The position numbers were made by a program, and so were the translations under genes. Below the pieces are notes generated by a model. It did not search any database, was not told the DNA's origin, and saw only the letters and a list, made by a program, of their open reading frames with translations. Below are positions 41,864 through 52,928 of a DNA stretch of 64,000 nt, piece by piece. Where the stretch lies: assembly GCA_963830655.1 (NCBI GenBank), contig CAWHND010000011.1, positions 28,505 through 92,504 of the forward strand. The letters run 5' to 3'. Positions within the stretch are counted from its first letter, which is position 1. Every line of letters begins with the position of its first letter. The DNA comes from an uncultured Actinomycetota bacterium. GTDB taxonomy: Bacteria; Actinomycetota; Actinomycetes; Actinomycetales; Microbacteriaceae.

Positions 41864-43073
41864 GTGAGTAGCTACGGAGAACTCCTCCGCACCCCCGGCG
41901 TGTCGCGGATCATGGCCGCGCAGCTCACGGCGCGGCTGCCCAGCGGCATGCTCTCGCTGGGCCTGCTGCTGCATATCGAGCGCACCACGGGGTCCTATGG
42001 GGCCGCCGGACTGGTGCTCGCCGCCCTGAGCGTCGGACAGGCCATCTCGGGTCCCGCGACCAGCCGGCTGATGGTCGAGCTGGGCCTTCGGCGAGTCCTG
42101 CTGACCACGCACCATCCTCTGCAGCATCTTCGTGACCACGATCGTGCTGGCCGAGCTGCCGGTCGTCGGCTACATGGCGGTGGCGTTCCTCTCGGGCCTC
42201 ACCTTCCCGCCGGTCTCATCCGCCGTGCGGACGATCTACCCGAAGATGGTCAACTCGCGTCAGCTCACCCCGCTGTTCTCCCTCGATGCCGCCCTGCAGG
42301 AGCTGATCTGGATCGGCGGACCGGTCCTGGTCACCTTCATCTCCACGCAGATCAGCACCGTGCTCGGCATCCTGGTGTCGGTTGCGCTGCTGATCGGCGG
42401 CGGCCTCTGGTTCATCTCGTCGCCCGAGGTCGGACGGGTGCGCATCCCGCGCAGCAAGCGCCGCTTCGGCGTGGTGCTGACCAGACCCACTGTGCTGCTC
42501 GCGACCGTCATCGGCTTCCTGCTGATCGGATCGTGCGCGGCCATCGAGACCTCGGTGGTCGCGACGTTCGGAGACGGCGACGCGTCGGCCGGCGTCGTGC
42601 TGGCCATCTGGTCGATCGGCTCGCTGGCGGGCGGACTGCTCTTCGGACACGTCCCGATCGGGCCGTGGGCGCTGTTCCGCCGACTGCTGATCGTCACGAT
42701 CGGGCTGGGCGCCGCGGCGTTCGCCTTCGGCTTCTGGTGGATCGCCCTCACCCTGGTGGTCTCAGGGCTCGGCCTGGCCCCCGCGCTGGCGGTGCTGTCG
42801 ACGATCACTTCGGCGACAGTGAAGTTCAGCGACACCGCCGAGGCCTACGGCTGGGTGAACACCGGTCAACTGATCGGCGCGGCCCTGGGCTCGGCACTCG
42901 CCGGCGTGATCATCGATCGGAATGGCTCCCAGGGCGGCTTCGTGGTGGCCGTCGCGCTCGCGGCCGTATGCCTCGGCGTCGCCGCGATCGGGTCGCGGTG
43001 GTCTCCCGATCTGCGCAACCGCGACGCGGGACCGATCCCCGACACCGCGCCAGTCCCCGTGCAGCCCAGCTGA
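41864..43073 (+). CDS. MFS transporter (frameshifted)
   Basis: ARLPSGM...TGSYGAAG, QELIWIGGP, EAYGW; many TM segments. Confidence 0.88.
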
Positions 43074-43109
43074 CCCAGCGCGCGCCGACCGCACTCGACC
43101 GCTTGGACC

Positions 43110-43200
43110 TGCTCGGCCACCTTTCGAACCCGCTCGGCCACCTTTCCTACCGTGGGCCAGGTTTACAACCCGTGCCGTCGCTAGGAAAGGTGGCCGAGCA
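43110..43200. repeat. Solo copy of hairpin repeat family A
   Basis: gctcggccacctttc twice, closed by ggaaaggtggccgagca. Confidence 0.88.
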
Positions 43201-43220
43201 TCCCCCGGGGACTGGGAACC

Positions 43221-43784
43221 TCAGCCGCGGAGCGGCCTGAGCGCCTCGGACAAGGCGATCGCCTCGGCGACCGCGACGTCGAGCCGGGTGCGGTGGGTGT
43301 CGGTGGGCTCGAAGACGCCCTCGTCGTTGATGTGGTTCGTCGGAAAGTTGATCTCCGGGTTGGCGACAGTCGGAACCAGCCCGACTCCGACCAGCGCCGG
43401 CTGGAGCAGCACGACGCCGCGGGTGCCGGCGGAGACACCGCCATAGCTCACCGTCACGACAGCCTTGCGCTTCCACTCGTGGTGGAGGAAGTCGAGCGCA
43501 TTCTTGACCACGGGCGAGAAGCTGTGGTTGTACTCGGGCACCACGATCACGAAGGCATCCGCCGCGGCCACGCGCTCGCTCCACGCGATGGTGTGAGGCT
43601 TGGTGTAGCTGCGCAGGATGGGGTGGTTGGGCTCGTCCATGAAGGGCAGGGCCACCTCGGCCAGATCGGCGAGGTCGACCTCCACCCCCGCGGTCGCTTC
43701 CAGCTCGCTCACTACCCAGGCGCCGATCGGCAGACCGACCCGGCCCGGTCGAACGCTCCCGATGATGACCATGATGCGCGTCAT
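43221..43784 (-). CDS. NADPH-dependent FMN reductase
   Basis: GSVRPGRVG, PEYNHS, KNALD, SYGG. Confidence 0.92.
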   Translation of the reverse strand: MTRIMVIIGSVRPGRVGLPIGAWVVSELEATAGVEVDLADLAEVALPFMDEPNHPILRSYTKPHTIAWSERVAAADAFVIVVPEYNHSFSPVVKNALDFLHHEWKRKAVVTVSYGGVSAGTRGVVLLQPALVGVGLVPTVANPEINFPTNHINDEGVFEPTDTHRTRLDVAVAEAIALSEALRPLRG

Positions 43785-43957
43785 ATGCCGCGGATTCCCT
43801 TCGTCGCGGCCTGACAGCCGACGGAATGCTGCGGCGACACGAACAACGACGCAGACGGGGCGAGATGCCCTGTGACGGCAACCGTCACCCGATCGGCCGT
43901 ATTCCGGCGATCAGGTCGGCTCAGGTCGGCTCAGCTCGGCTCGGCGATAATCGGACG

Positions 43958-44806
43958 ATGGCCGATCCCATCCTCTCCCCCATCCTCCCCATGCTCGACG
44001 GCGACACGATCCCGCAGGTCGGGTCTCGGGGTCTACAAGGTGTCGGACGCCGACGCGGCGACAGCCATCGGGCACGCGATTGAAGGTCGGCTATCGGCAC
44101 ATCGACACAGCATCGCTGTATGAGAACGAGGCAGCTGTCGGCGCAGCGATCCATGCATCCGACGTGCCTCGGAGCGAGCTGTTCGTGACCACCAAGGTCG
44201 GCAAGGCGGATCACGGCTACGACCCGACGCTGCGCGCGTTCGACGTGAGCATGCGGCAAGCTGGGTCTCGACTACGTGGATCTGTACCTCATCCACTGGC
44301 CCGTGCCGAGCCAGGATCTCTACGTCGAGACCTGGCGTGCCCTGCAGGCCATCAAGGCATCCGGCCGCGCGCGCTCGATCGGCGTCTCGAACTTCGCGAC
44401 CCATCACATCGACCGGCTGATCGCGGACGGAGGAGAGCTCCCCGTGCTCAACCAGGTCGAGCTCCACCCATGGCTGCCTCAGGCCGAGCTGCGGGCGTAC
44501 GACGCGGAGCACGGCATCCTCACCGAGGCGTGGTCACCGCTCGCCCGTGGCCGGATCCTGGGCGATGGATCCGCGACGACGACCGTCCTCGACGACCTCG
44601 CCGCGAAGCACGGTCGATCCCCCGCTCAGATCGTGATCCGCTGGCACGTCCAGCTCGGCAGCGTCGTCATCCCCAAGTCGGTGACCCCCTCGAGGATCGA
44701 GGAGAACTTCGCCGTATTCGACTTCGAGCTGGATGCCGACGACCTGGCCGCGATCGCGACCCTCGAGACAGGCGTGCGCACCGGACGCGACCCCGACGAC
44801 GACTGA
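43958..44806 (+). CDS. Aldo/keto reductase (frameshifted)
   Basis: [26 protein letters not shown]. Confidence 0.92.
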
Positions 44807-44873
44807 GACTGAGCGCGAATCACCCGGTTCTGCCACCTGGCGTGCTGCGCAGGCGGCAGAACGGGCAGCTCAG

Positions 44874-45857
44874 CTACCAGCGCGGGTGGACGCTCTCGCG
44901 GAAGTATTCGTCATAGATGCGCGTCACGCCCGAGCGGAATTCGTCGCCCAGATCCGCGAGCTGGCCGGCGACCGCATTCGACTGCGCCTGACCCACGCTG
45001 CGCGCCCCCGGGATGACCGAGCTGACGCCATCGAGCTGCGCGATCCAGGCGAGGGCCGCCTGCGCGGGAGTGGCGCCTTCGGGAACGAGATCCGCGAAGG
45101 CATGGGCCGCCTCCACGCCTTTCTCGAACGGCACTCCGGAGAACGTCTCGCCGACGTCGAATGCCTCGCCCGAGCGGTTGTAGGTGCGGTGGTCATCCGC
45201 CGCGAAGGTGGTCTCGCGGGTGTACTTCCCGCTGAGCAGTCCGGATGCGAGCGGCACGCGGGCGATGATGCCGACGCCTGCCGCCTGAGCCGCCGGCAGC
45301 ACCTCGTCGAGGGGCTTGAGTCGGAAGGCGTTGAGGATGATCTGGACCGACGCTGTGCCCGGTCGCGCGATTGCGGACAGCGCCTGGCTCGTCTCCTCGA
45401 CGCTCACCCCGTAGGCGGCGATCGCGCCGTCAGCGACGAGGGCGTCGAGAGCGTCGTAGACGGCATCCGACTCGATGACTTCGGTGGGAGGGCAGTGCAG
45501 CTGGACGAGGTCGAGGGTGTCCACCTTCAGATTGGCGCGTGAACGGTCGGTCCATTGCCGGAAGTTGGCGAGCGTGTAGTTCTCCGCGAGCTGCGGCAGC
45601 CGCCGCCCCATCTTGGTCGCAACCGTGATGCTGTGGCCGGGGTTGGCGGCGAGATACTCGCCGATGAAGCTCTCGCTCCGTCCGTCGCCGTAGACGTCGG
45701 CAGTATCGAAGAACGTGACCCCTGCCTCCACGGCTGCATCGAGCACGGCGTTCGCCTCTGCGGCATCGACATCGCCCCAGTCGGCGCCGAGCTGCCAGGT
45801 GCCGAGTCCGATCACGGAGACGGACCGGCCAGTGCGGCCGAGAGTGCGGTGATCCAT
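44874..45857 (-). CDS. Aldo/keto reductase (IolS-like)
   Basis: GLGTWQLG, DTADVYG, DLVQLH, PLASGLLSGK. Confidence 0.93.
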   Translation of the reverse strand: MDHRTLGRTGRSVSVIGLGTWQLGADWGDVDAAEANAVLDAAVEAGVTFFDTADVYGDGRSESFIGEYLAANPGHSITVATKMGRRLPQLAENYTLANFRQWTDRSRANLKVDTLDLVQLHCPPTEVIESDAVYDALDALVADGAIAAYGVSVEETSQALSAIARPGTASVQIILNAFRLKPLDEVLPAAQAAGVGIIARVPLASGLLSGKYTRETTFAADDHRTYNRSGEAFDVGETFSGVPFEKGVEAAHAFADLVPEGATPAQAALAWIAQLDGVSSVIPGARSVGQAQSNAVAGQLADLGDEFRSGVTRIYDEYFRESVHPRW

Positions 45858-46195
45858 GAAGACTCCTTAGTTCTGCGCCGCCGGTGAGTCGGCGGCGATC
45901 CGGACAGAGAAAAGCCGCCCGACGACTCCATTGTCCCGCGTACCCGAATACGCATCGGACAAGAGTCGAGCCGGGCGGCCCGCCGAAGCTGCAGGCCTCA
46001 GCTCGAAGTATGGATTGGCTGTCATCCACCCCCAAACGGGGGCTACGTTTCCACCGTACGCCCGGACGTCTCAGCCCATCCTTCTCTCCCAGGATTCTCG
46101 CGGATAACACGGACGAAACACCCGATCTGGCCACGGAACGGTAACGATCACGGGCGATCCGAGCGGCCAGCGACAGTCGGATCTACCGTCATGCC

Positions 46196-47177
46196 ATGCG
46201 CGATCGTCGAGGTTCCGCAACACGCGGACTCATTGCCCTTTCCCTCTCCGCCATGCTGCTCAGCGGCTGCTCGATGAATCAGAGCGGCGCGAGCGATACG
46301 AGTTCCGAGTCTGGAGGCGGAAGCGCACCAGGCGTGATCGATCCCGGCGGTCCCGATGCCCGCCGTGGGCGACGCGGCGGGTGCGTCCGACTCCGCGGTG
46401 CGAGACGTCGTCACCACCGGGTCGCTGCAGCTGGTCGTCGACGATCCGATCCGGTCCGCGGACGAGGTGAGCGCGCTCGTCCTGGCAGCGGGCGGGCGCC
46501 TCGACTCGATCTCGCAGTATCCGAAGAGCGACTACCAGCCGGCGAGTGCGACCCTGCTCGCCCGGATCCCCGAGGACAGGCTGGATCAGGCACTGCTCGA
46601 CCTCAAGGGGCTCGGGACCGTCCAGTCCCTGTCCACCGATTCGACCGACGTCACCCAGCAGACCACGGACTACGAGGTGCGGATCGCCACCCTGCAGGCC
46701 GCGGTCGATCGTCTGCGGGCTCTGCTCTCCACCGCGACCGATACGTCGGATCTCATCGAGATCGAGACCGCGTTGACCAGTCGCGAGGGCGACCTCGAGA
46801 GCCTCAAGGCGCAGCGGGATTCGCTTGCCGAGCAGGTGGCCTTCGCCACCATCTCGATCTCGCTGTCGACTCCGGCCGAGGCGGGCGCCGCGGCGCCGGG
46901 GACGTTCTTCGACGGTCTGCTCGCCGGCTTCAACTCGCTCATGCTCACGCTCGCGGGACTGCTGATCGCGTTCGGCGCGGTCCTGCCCTGGCTGATCTTC
47001 CTGGCCCTGGTCGCCGCGATCGTGCTGCTGATCATCCGGTTCAGCCGGCGCCGGCGCCAGGCACGGCGGGCGGCGGCGCGCGCATCAGCTGACGCTCTGG
47101 GCGCACGACGGGATCCGGTTGCCGCGAACGCGGACGGCGGGACGGAAGCGAAAGCACCCGGCGGACCGTCGACCTAG
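46196..47177 (+). CDS. DUF4349-like lipoprotein (frameshifted)
   Basis: LLSGC lipobox, DVT..., coiled coil, C-terminal TM with LPWL. Confidence 0.8.
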
Positions 47178-47194
47178 CTCCGAGGGCGCCGACC

Positions 47195-48025
47195 TCAGAT
47201 GGAGTGGCGGGAGCCGACCCTGCGGCGGCGCAGGACCACCGAGAACGCTGCGCAGGCGATGCTGATGGCCGACATGCCCACGACGATCGCGAGCATTCCC
47301 GTGTCGTTCGGCGAGACGATCGGCGATCCGGTCGCGGACGCCTGATCCGAAAGCAGCACCGGACTCGGGTCGATCGTGACCGGAAGCTGCGAGCGGGTCT
47401 CCTTGATGGCATCCGACGCCGCCTCGGTCTGCACTTCGGTGAGCGCCGGAGGTGTCGCGACGGCGGCAGCGATGGAAACAGGTGCCGTCGTGATCGCACC
47501 GCTCGCGGATGTCGTCGTGGTGCGCGATGTCGGCGCGCTGCTGCCGGTCGAGGTCGAACCACCGGAGGTCGATCCGCCGCTGGTGGAGCCGCTGCTCGTG
47601 GAGCCGCTGCTGGTACTGCCACCCGAGGTCGCAGGAGGGGACGCCTGTGGCTGGGACGGAGATGCGACCGGGGTCGGAGTGGTCGTCTCGGATGGAACCG
47701 GCGTGGGAGTCTCCGTGGGAGCCGTCGACGGTTCGGTGCCCGGCGTCGAATCGACGGGCGGAGTGCTCAGCTGGGGGTCGGTGGTGCTGACGAGCCCCCC
47801 TGAGGACTCGTCGCAGTCCGCGGTGCCTCCACCCGCAGTCCATTCGTCCACGGTCACGACGCCATCGCCGGACGTGTCGAGGCTGGCGTAGTCGCCCGAA
47901 GAGGCCGCGGGGATGACGGTGGTCGAGTCACACGTCACAGCGATCGCGGGTGCGGAGACGGCAAGCGCCATCCCACTTCCCACCAGGACCGCGAACGTCA
48001 GTCCCCCGACTGTTCTCCCCCGCAT
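47195..48025 (-). CDS. Ser/Thr/Pro-rich surface protein with an EF-hand-like loop
   Basis: Signal peptide, DTSGDGVVTVDE, low-complexity stalk, PNDTG + TM + RRRR. Confidence 0.7.
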   Translation of the reverse strand: MRGRTVGGLTFAVLVGSGMALAVSAPAIAVTCDSTTVIPAASSGDYASLDTSGDGVVTVDEWTAGGGTADCDESSGGLVSTTDPQLSTPPVDSTPGTEPSTAPTETPTPVPSETTTPTPVASPSQPQASPPATSGGSTSSGSTSSGSTSGGSTSGGSTSTGSSAPTSRTTTTSASGAITTAPVSIAAAVATPPALTEVQTEAASDAIKETRSQLPVTIDPSPVLLSDQASATGSPIVSPNDTGMLAIVVGMSAISIACAAFSVVLRRRRVGSRHSI

Positions 48026-48210
48026 GCGTGATCGCCTCTCTCAGAGCCCCCTGGCGAGCCGACCGTGCTGAGCAGTCGGATCCGCCATCCTCCCTCCATG
48101 ATCCCCCGTTCGGGGGTGAACCCGCCAGTGCGAACCGCGGTCGATTTCCGACGGGGGCGCGAGAAGGCCGATTCGGGGTCAGGAGAGTTATGGCAGCGGG
48201 ATCCGCGACG

Positions 48211-48624
48211 TCAGCTCGAGCTGGCCGACACCAGCTGCAGCAGAGCTCGCCCATACGCGTCGTCCGCAGACGAGGCCGTGAATTGCAGCTCGGCCCCCTG
48301 GAACAGGATCGAGACCGTGTACTCGGCGTCGATCCCGTCGCCGATCCGAAGACTGCGGAACGTGCCGCGGAGCATCGCCCGCAGCTGGTCCTCACGAGGC
48401 AGCCAGAGCGCGTCGTCCACGCCCACCGAGTCGAGTGCCCATTCGGTCGTGCCGTTGAAGCCGAGCACCGTTCCCGACGGGAAGGTGTGCGCTTCGACCG
48501 TCATCTCGCTGACGGTGTAGACGTCGAGCATCTCGGCCTGGTCGACGAGGAATCGGTCCCCCGACTCGGGTGTCCAGCGCAACCCGGAGGCCCGCAGCTC
48601 TCGGGCGAGCGGCACGGAGATCAT
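48211..48624 (-). CDS. Conserved actinobacterial hypothetical protein
   Basis: MISVPLARELRASGLRWTP...GFNGTTEWALDS...WLPREDQLR. Confidence 0.75.
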   Translation of the reverse strand: MISVPLARELRASGLRWTPESGDRFLVDQAEMLDVYTVSEMTVEAHTFPSGTVLGFNGTTEWALDSVGVDDALWLPREDQLRAMLRGTFRSLRIGDGIDAEYTVSILFQGAELQFTASSADDAYGRALLQLVSASSS

Positions 48625-48726
48625 CCGCTCATTATGCGTCGCGTCGCCTGGATCAGGAGATCGCCCCCAGGAATCACCTCCCGACGGACTCCACGATTTG
48701 GACCCGGCCATGCCAGTGCCTACAGC

Positions 48727-48946
48727 CTGAAATGGCACCGCCCTAGAGGGCGATGCCATTTCACTCGGTGGACCTAAGGGGATTCGATCCCAACCGCTCC
48801 CCCAGACGCCGCTGCGCGTCGCCCGGGGCCCCTCGCGGTCGGGGCCCACCCTGCGTCGGGCTTCTCCTCCCGATAGGTCCGCCAACTGAAATGGCACCGC
48901 CCTAGAGGGCGATGCCATTTCACTCGGTGGACCTAAGGGGATTCGA
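48727..48946. repeat. 61-bp direct repeat (tRNA-Ala 3' end plus terminator hairpin)
   Basis: 48727-48787 identical to 48886-48946. Confidence 0.9.
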
Positions 48947-49000
48947 ACCCCTGACCTCCTCGATGCGAACGAGGCGCGCTACCAACTGCGCCATAGGCCC
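48928..49000 (-). tRNA. tRNA-Ala(CGC)
   Basis: Reverse complement GGGCCTATGGCGCAGTTGGTAGCGCG-CCTCG TT CGC AT CGAGG-...GGTTCGAATCCCCTTAGGTCCA. Confidence 0.95.
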
Positions 49001-49067
49001 AAGTGCCCGTCAACGATATCAGGAAGCGGAGGCGCCGCCCGCCCGTCGGGCCGGTGTCGCTCGCGGC

Positions 49068-49133
49068 CGAACACTGTCGTGCGGACAGAACACTGCCGCC
49101 TACGGACGTGTTCTGTCCGCAGGAGAGTGTTCG
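49068..49133. repeat. Long imperfect inverted repeat
   Basis: cgaacactgtcgtgcggacagaacac / gtgttctgtccgcaggagagtgttcg. Confidence 0.75.
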
Positions 49134-49175
49134 CAGGATGCAGTGTCCGCTACGACAGTGCCTGCTGCGGATCGC

Positions 49176-50141
49176 TCAGACGGCGCGACGGCGGCGCAGG
49201 ACGTCGTTGAGGTCGGTGATGCCCGGCGAGGTCTCGCCGATGTGGCCCATCGCGGCGTAACCCGAGCCCCCGGAGGAGTCGGCCGCCGACGGTGCCGCGG
49301 CCTTCTGCTCGCGTTTCGTGGAGAGCTGGGTGACCTCGGGTTCGGCGAGTGCGGCCCGGAGGAGCTCATCCGCCTCGGCGGCCGCAGCCGCCTCTGCATG
49401 CACCCGCGAGAAGTCGATGCCGGGGGCGAACTCGCGGTGGGACAGGTAGAGCGGCTGGGGAAGCGGAACAGGGGTCCACGTCGGACGCTCCGGATCGCTG
49501 CGCTGCCAGTCGTTGAAGCTCTGCACGGGCGGCGCGACGATGATCGTGCGGTCGACCTCCTGGGTCGCGCGGCGGGCTGCGGCCACGGTCGCGATCCGCT
49601 GGAGCATGCCCAGCGCGCCGAACCCTACGACGACGGACGCGACGAGAGCGATCCAGGAACCGCTCGCCAGCACCTCGGTCACTCCGAACACCGCGCCGAC
49701 GATGGCGCCGACGAGGACGACGGTCGACATCAGTCGGGTGCGGCGCAGTCGTGAAGCCGCGATCGCGGAGACGGCGGCGGCCTTCTTGATGGGCGCGCGC
49801 AGGTCCGCGTCCTTGACTGTGGTGTGGTTCGACTGGCGCTTGCGCGACAGCTCGCGGGAGGCCGCCGCATCGTTGGATCGGGAGACGGATTCGGCCTTCC
49901 GCGCGGCGTGCCGGAGCGCTCGATGCTGCTCGGCGACGCTCTTGGCGGTGGCCTCGGCGCGGACCTCATCCGGGATCTCGGCCGTCTCGGCGAGGATCCG
50001 CAGGGTCTGCTGCAGGCGGACCGCGTTGCGCTCGGTGGCCATGTACTGCCGGCGGCGGAACCAGGTCGGCATGAGGTAGACGAGCCAGAGCAGGGCGGCG
50101 ATCGCGATGATCACACCCCCGCCGACACCCTCAACTCCCAT
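49176..50141 (-). CDS. GlpR/SepX-like membrane protein
   Basis: N-terminal TM LWLVYLMP, WTPVPLPQPLY, C-terminal RRRAV; position downstream of rimJ-galU. Confidence 0.7.
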   Translation of the reverse strand: MGVEGVGGGVIIAIAALLWLVYLMPTWFRRRQYMATERNAVRLQQTLRILAETAEIPDEVRAEATAKSVAEQHRALRHAARKAESVSRSNDAAASRELSRKRQSNHTTVKDADLRAPIKKAAAVSAIAASRLRRTRLMSTVVLVGAIVGAVFGVTEVLASGSWIALVASVVVGFGALGMLQRIATVAAARRATQEVDRTIIVAPPVQSFNDWQRSDPERPTWTPVPLPQPLYLSHREFAPGIDFSRVHAEAAAAAEADELLRAALAEPEVTQLSTKREQKAAAPSAADSSGGSGYAAMGHIGETSPGITDLNDVLRRRRAV

Positions 50142-50261
50142 GTCCCCAAAGGTAGGGGCGGGCGAACGGCCGACCCGGGAAGCGCCGGGCGTGTCCGCCA
50201 CAAGCTCCCTCGGACTTTGAGGTAATGACCGAGCCGTGTGGGAGAACCCGTGAGGCGCGCG

Positions 50262-50913
50262 TCAGCGCGGTGGGAACTGCGTTCGGGCCGCCTCGCGGTC
50301 GCTCTCGGAAATCTGCGCGTTTTCGGCGGGCACCCGTCCCGCCTGCCCAGCGCTCGAGCACGCCCTCGTCCAGCTCCTCCGCCACCAGGGCGAAGCAGAA
50401 GTGGTCGCGCCAGTCGCCGTTGATGTGGATGAAGCGACGCCGCAATCCCTCGTATCGGAAGCCGAGCTTCTCGACCACCCGCAGCGACTTGGCGTTCTCG
50501 GGCCGGATGCAGATCTCCATCCGATGCAGTCCGAGCTGCTGGAAGCAGTAGTCCGTCGCCAGGGCCACCGAGGTGGGCGTCGCGCCGGACCCGGCGAATC
50601 GCTCAGCGATCCAGTAGCCGATCGACGCGGACGAGGTCGAGCCGTAGGCGATCCCCGAGACGTTGAGCTGACCGGCGAACTGGTCGTCCACCTCGATCGC
50701 GAACGGGAGGCCCTGGCCGGTGCGCGCATTGCCCTGGAGCGCCCGGATCGACGCCCGGGTGTCGAAGCTGATCGGACCGCGCGGGTTCGTGGCCTCCCAC
50801 TCCCGCAGCCAGCCGCGGTTCTCGATCAGCTCGCGCTCCAGCGGCCGCGCGTCGCGCAGTCGGATGGGTCGGATCGTCGTCCGCCCCGAGCGAAGGGTGG
50901 GAATGATCGCCAC
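50262..50913 (-). CDS. RimJ/RimL-family GNAT acetyltransferase (3' frameshift)
   Basis: IGYWI, GLHRMEICIRPEN, FIHINGDWRDH. Confidence 0.9.
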
Positions 50914-50971
50914 GTGCGGACGGTCCTCTTCTACTGGGAGTTCTGCGTGACCGGCCTGAGCGGAACGCGCG

Positions 50972-51877
50972 CTACTCGACGGGCGCGGAAAGCGTCGCCA
51001 CGAACTGCGTCAGCCACGGGCGCAGCTCAGGGCCGAGGTCGTCGCGATCTGAGGCCAGCTGAATGATCGCCTTGATGTAGTCGATCTTGTCGCCGGTGTC
51101 GTAGCGCCGGCCACTGAAGACGACACCGTAGACGCCGCCGGTCCAGTCCGGGGCCACGGCGAGCCGCTGCAGTGCGTCGGTCAGCTGGATCTCGCCGCCC
51201 TTGCCGGGGGCGGTGGTCTCGAGCACGTCGAAGACCTCGGGCCGCAGGACGTAGCGACCGATGATGGCGTAGTTGGACGGCGCGGTCTCGGCGGACGGCT
51301 TCTCGACGAGGCCGGTGATCCGCACGACGTCCTCCTCGTCGGTGAGCTCGACCGCGGCCGCGCCGTAGAGGTGGATCTGCGAGGGTTCGACCTCCATCAG
51401 CGCGACGACAGAGGTGCGACGGGCCTGCTGGACCTCGATCATCCGCGACAGCAGCGGGTCGCGGGCGTCGATCAGGTCGTCGCCGAGGAGCACCGCGAAC
51501 GGCTCCCGTCCGACGTGCATCTTGGCCTGGAGCACCGCGTGGCCGAGGCCCTTGGGGTCGCCCTGACGGGTGTAGTGAAGGTCGGCGAGGCCGGTCGACT
51601 CCTGCACTCGCTGCAGCTTGGCCAGGTCGCCCTTCGCCTCGAGGGTGGCCTCGAGCTCGGCGACGCGGTCGAAGTGGTTCTCGAGGGCGTACTTGTTGCG
51701 GCCGGTCACCATGAGCACGTCGTTCAGGCCGGCGGCGACCGCCTCCTCGACCACGTACTGGATGGCGGGCTTGTCGACGACGGGCAGCATCTCCTTGGGC
51801 ATCGCTTTGGTTGCCGGAAGGAATCGGGTGCCGAGACCGGCAGCCGGGATGACCGCTTTGGTGATGTGGTAAGCCAT
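50972..51877 (-). CDS. galU: UTP-glucose-1-phosphate uridylyltransferase
   Basis: KAVIPAAGLGTRFLPATKAMPKEMLP, GEIQLTDA. Confidence 0.96.
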   Translation of the reverse strand: MAYHITKAVIPAAGLGTRFLPATKAMPKEMLPVVDKPAIQYVVEEAVAAGLNDVLMVTGRNKYALENHFDRVAELEATLEAKGDLAKLQRVQESTGLADLHYTRQGDPKGLGHAVLQAKMHVGREPFAVLLGDDLIDARDPLLSRMIEVQQARRTSVVALMEVEPSQIHLYGAAAVELTDEEDVVRITGLVEKPSAETAPSNYAIIGRYVLRPEVFDVLETTAPGKGGEIQLTDALQRLAVAPDWTGGVYGVVFSGRRYDTGDKIDYIKAIIQLASDRDDLGPELRPWLTQFVATLSAPVE

Positions 51878-51917
51878 GGTGGCAAGGTTACCGGCCGGGG
51901 AAGCCTAAAATCGTGCC

Positions 51918-52517
51918 ATGCCGACCGATCCGACCCACCAAAAGAGGGCACTTCGGGCCGAATTGCGCGAGCGGCGGCGCAATCTGACGAGCACGGAGCG
52001 GGCTGCCGCCAGCGAGGGATTCACGGAGCAGCTGATCGAGCTGGTGGACAGCTTGGGAGCCACCTCGGTCTCGGCGTACCTGTCGTCGAGCGACGAGCCC
52101 GACACCCGACCATTCCTGCACTGGGCGCTCGCGCACGACATGCGCACCCTGCTCCCCATCTCCCGAGTAGACGGGCTGCTCGACTGGACTCTCGCCGACG
52201 AGGAGACAGAGGAAGAGGTCGACGCGTTCGGGATGCCGTCGCTCGTCGGCGAGGTGCTCAGTCCGATGGCGATCAACGACGTCGACCTGATCCTCGTGCC
52301 TGCCGCCGCGGTCGATGGGCGCGGAATCCGGATGGGCTGGGGCCGTGGCTACTTCGACAAGACACTGGGGTCGATGGAGAAGTGCCCGCCCGTCTACGCG
52401 GTAGTCTTCGACAGCGAGTTGCTCGCTGACGTTCCCCGTGAGCGCCACGACCAGCCGGTGGACGGCGCCGTCACTCCGACGCGGATCGTCCGATTCGCAC
52501 CGGTGCGTCGCGGCTGA
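51918..52517 (+). CDS. 5-formyltetrahydrofolate cyclo-ligase
   Basis: KRALR, EPDT, RMGWGRGYFDK, HDQPVD. Confidence 0.92.
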   Translation: MPTDPTHQKRALRAELRERRRNLTSTERAAASEGFTEQLIELVDSLGATSVSAYLSSSDEPDTRPFLHWALAHDMRTLLPISRVDGLLDWTLADEETEEEVDAFGMPSLVGEVLSPMAINDVDLILVPAAAVDGRGIRMGWGRGYFDKTLGSMEKCPPVYAVVFDSELLADVPRERHDQPVDGAVTPTRIVRFAPVRRG

Positions 52518-52550
52518 ATCCCGCTCGCTCCCCTTCTCGAGAGACGTCTC

Positions 52551-52928
52551 ATGCCGACCTACTCCTACAAGTGTCCGACGTGCGGAAACGCCTTCGACAT
52601 CGTCCAGTCCTTCTCGGATGACGCCCTGACCGTCTGCGACGTCTGCGGCGGCTCCCTCCGCAAGGTCTTCTCGCCCATCGGCGTCTCCTTCAACGGCTCG
52701 GGCTTCTACCGGACCGACTCTCGGGCCGCTCCCAAGTCCGAGGCGTCGTCCTCCTCCGGATCCGGCGATTCGGGATCGGGGTCGAGCTCGGACTCGGGCT
52801 CCAGCTCGGGCTCCGGCTCCGGCTCGAAGTCGTCCGAATCCGGCGGCTCCGGATCTTCCGGCGCCAGCACCACATCCACGTCCACTCCGGCGGCCAAGCC
52901 CGCATCGACCTCGGGAGCATCATCATGA
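52551..52928 (+). CDS. FmdB-family zinc-ribbon protein
   Basis: [12 protein letters not shown]...CDVCGG...[10 protein letters not shown]. Confidence 0.92.
   Translation: MPTYSYKCPTCGNAFDIVQSFSDDALTVCDVCGGSLRKVFSPIGVSFNGSGFYRTDSRAAPKSEASSSSGSGDSGSGSSSDSGSSSGSGSGSKSSESGGSGSSGASTTSTSTPAAKPASTSGASS

Noticed and set aside
48727-49000. Prophage or integrative element at tRNA-Ala
   Set aside because: Only 98 bp separate the repeats and there is no integrase or phage gene.
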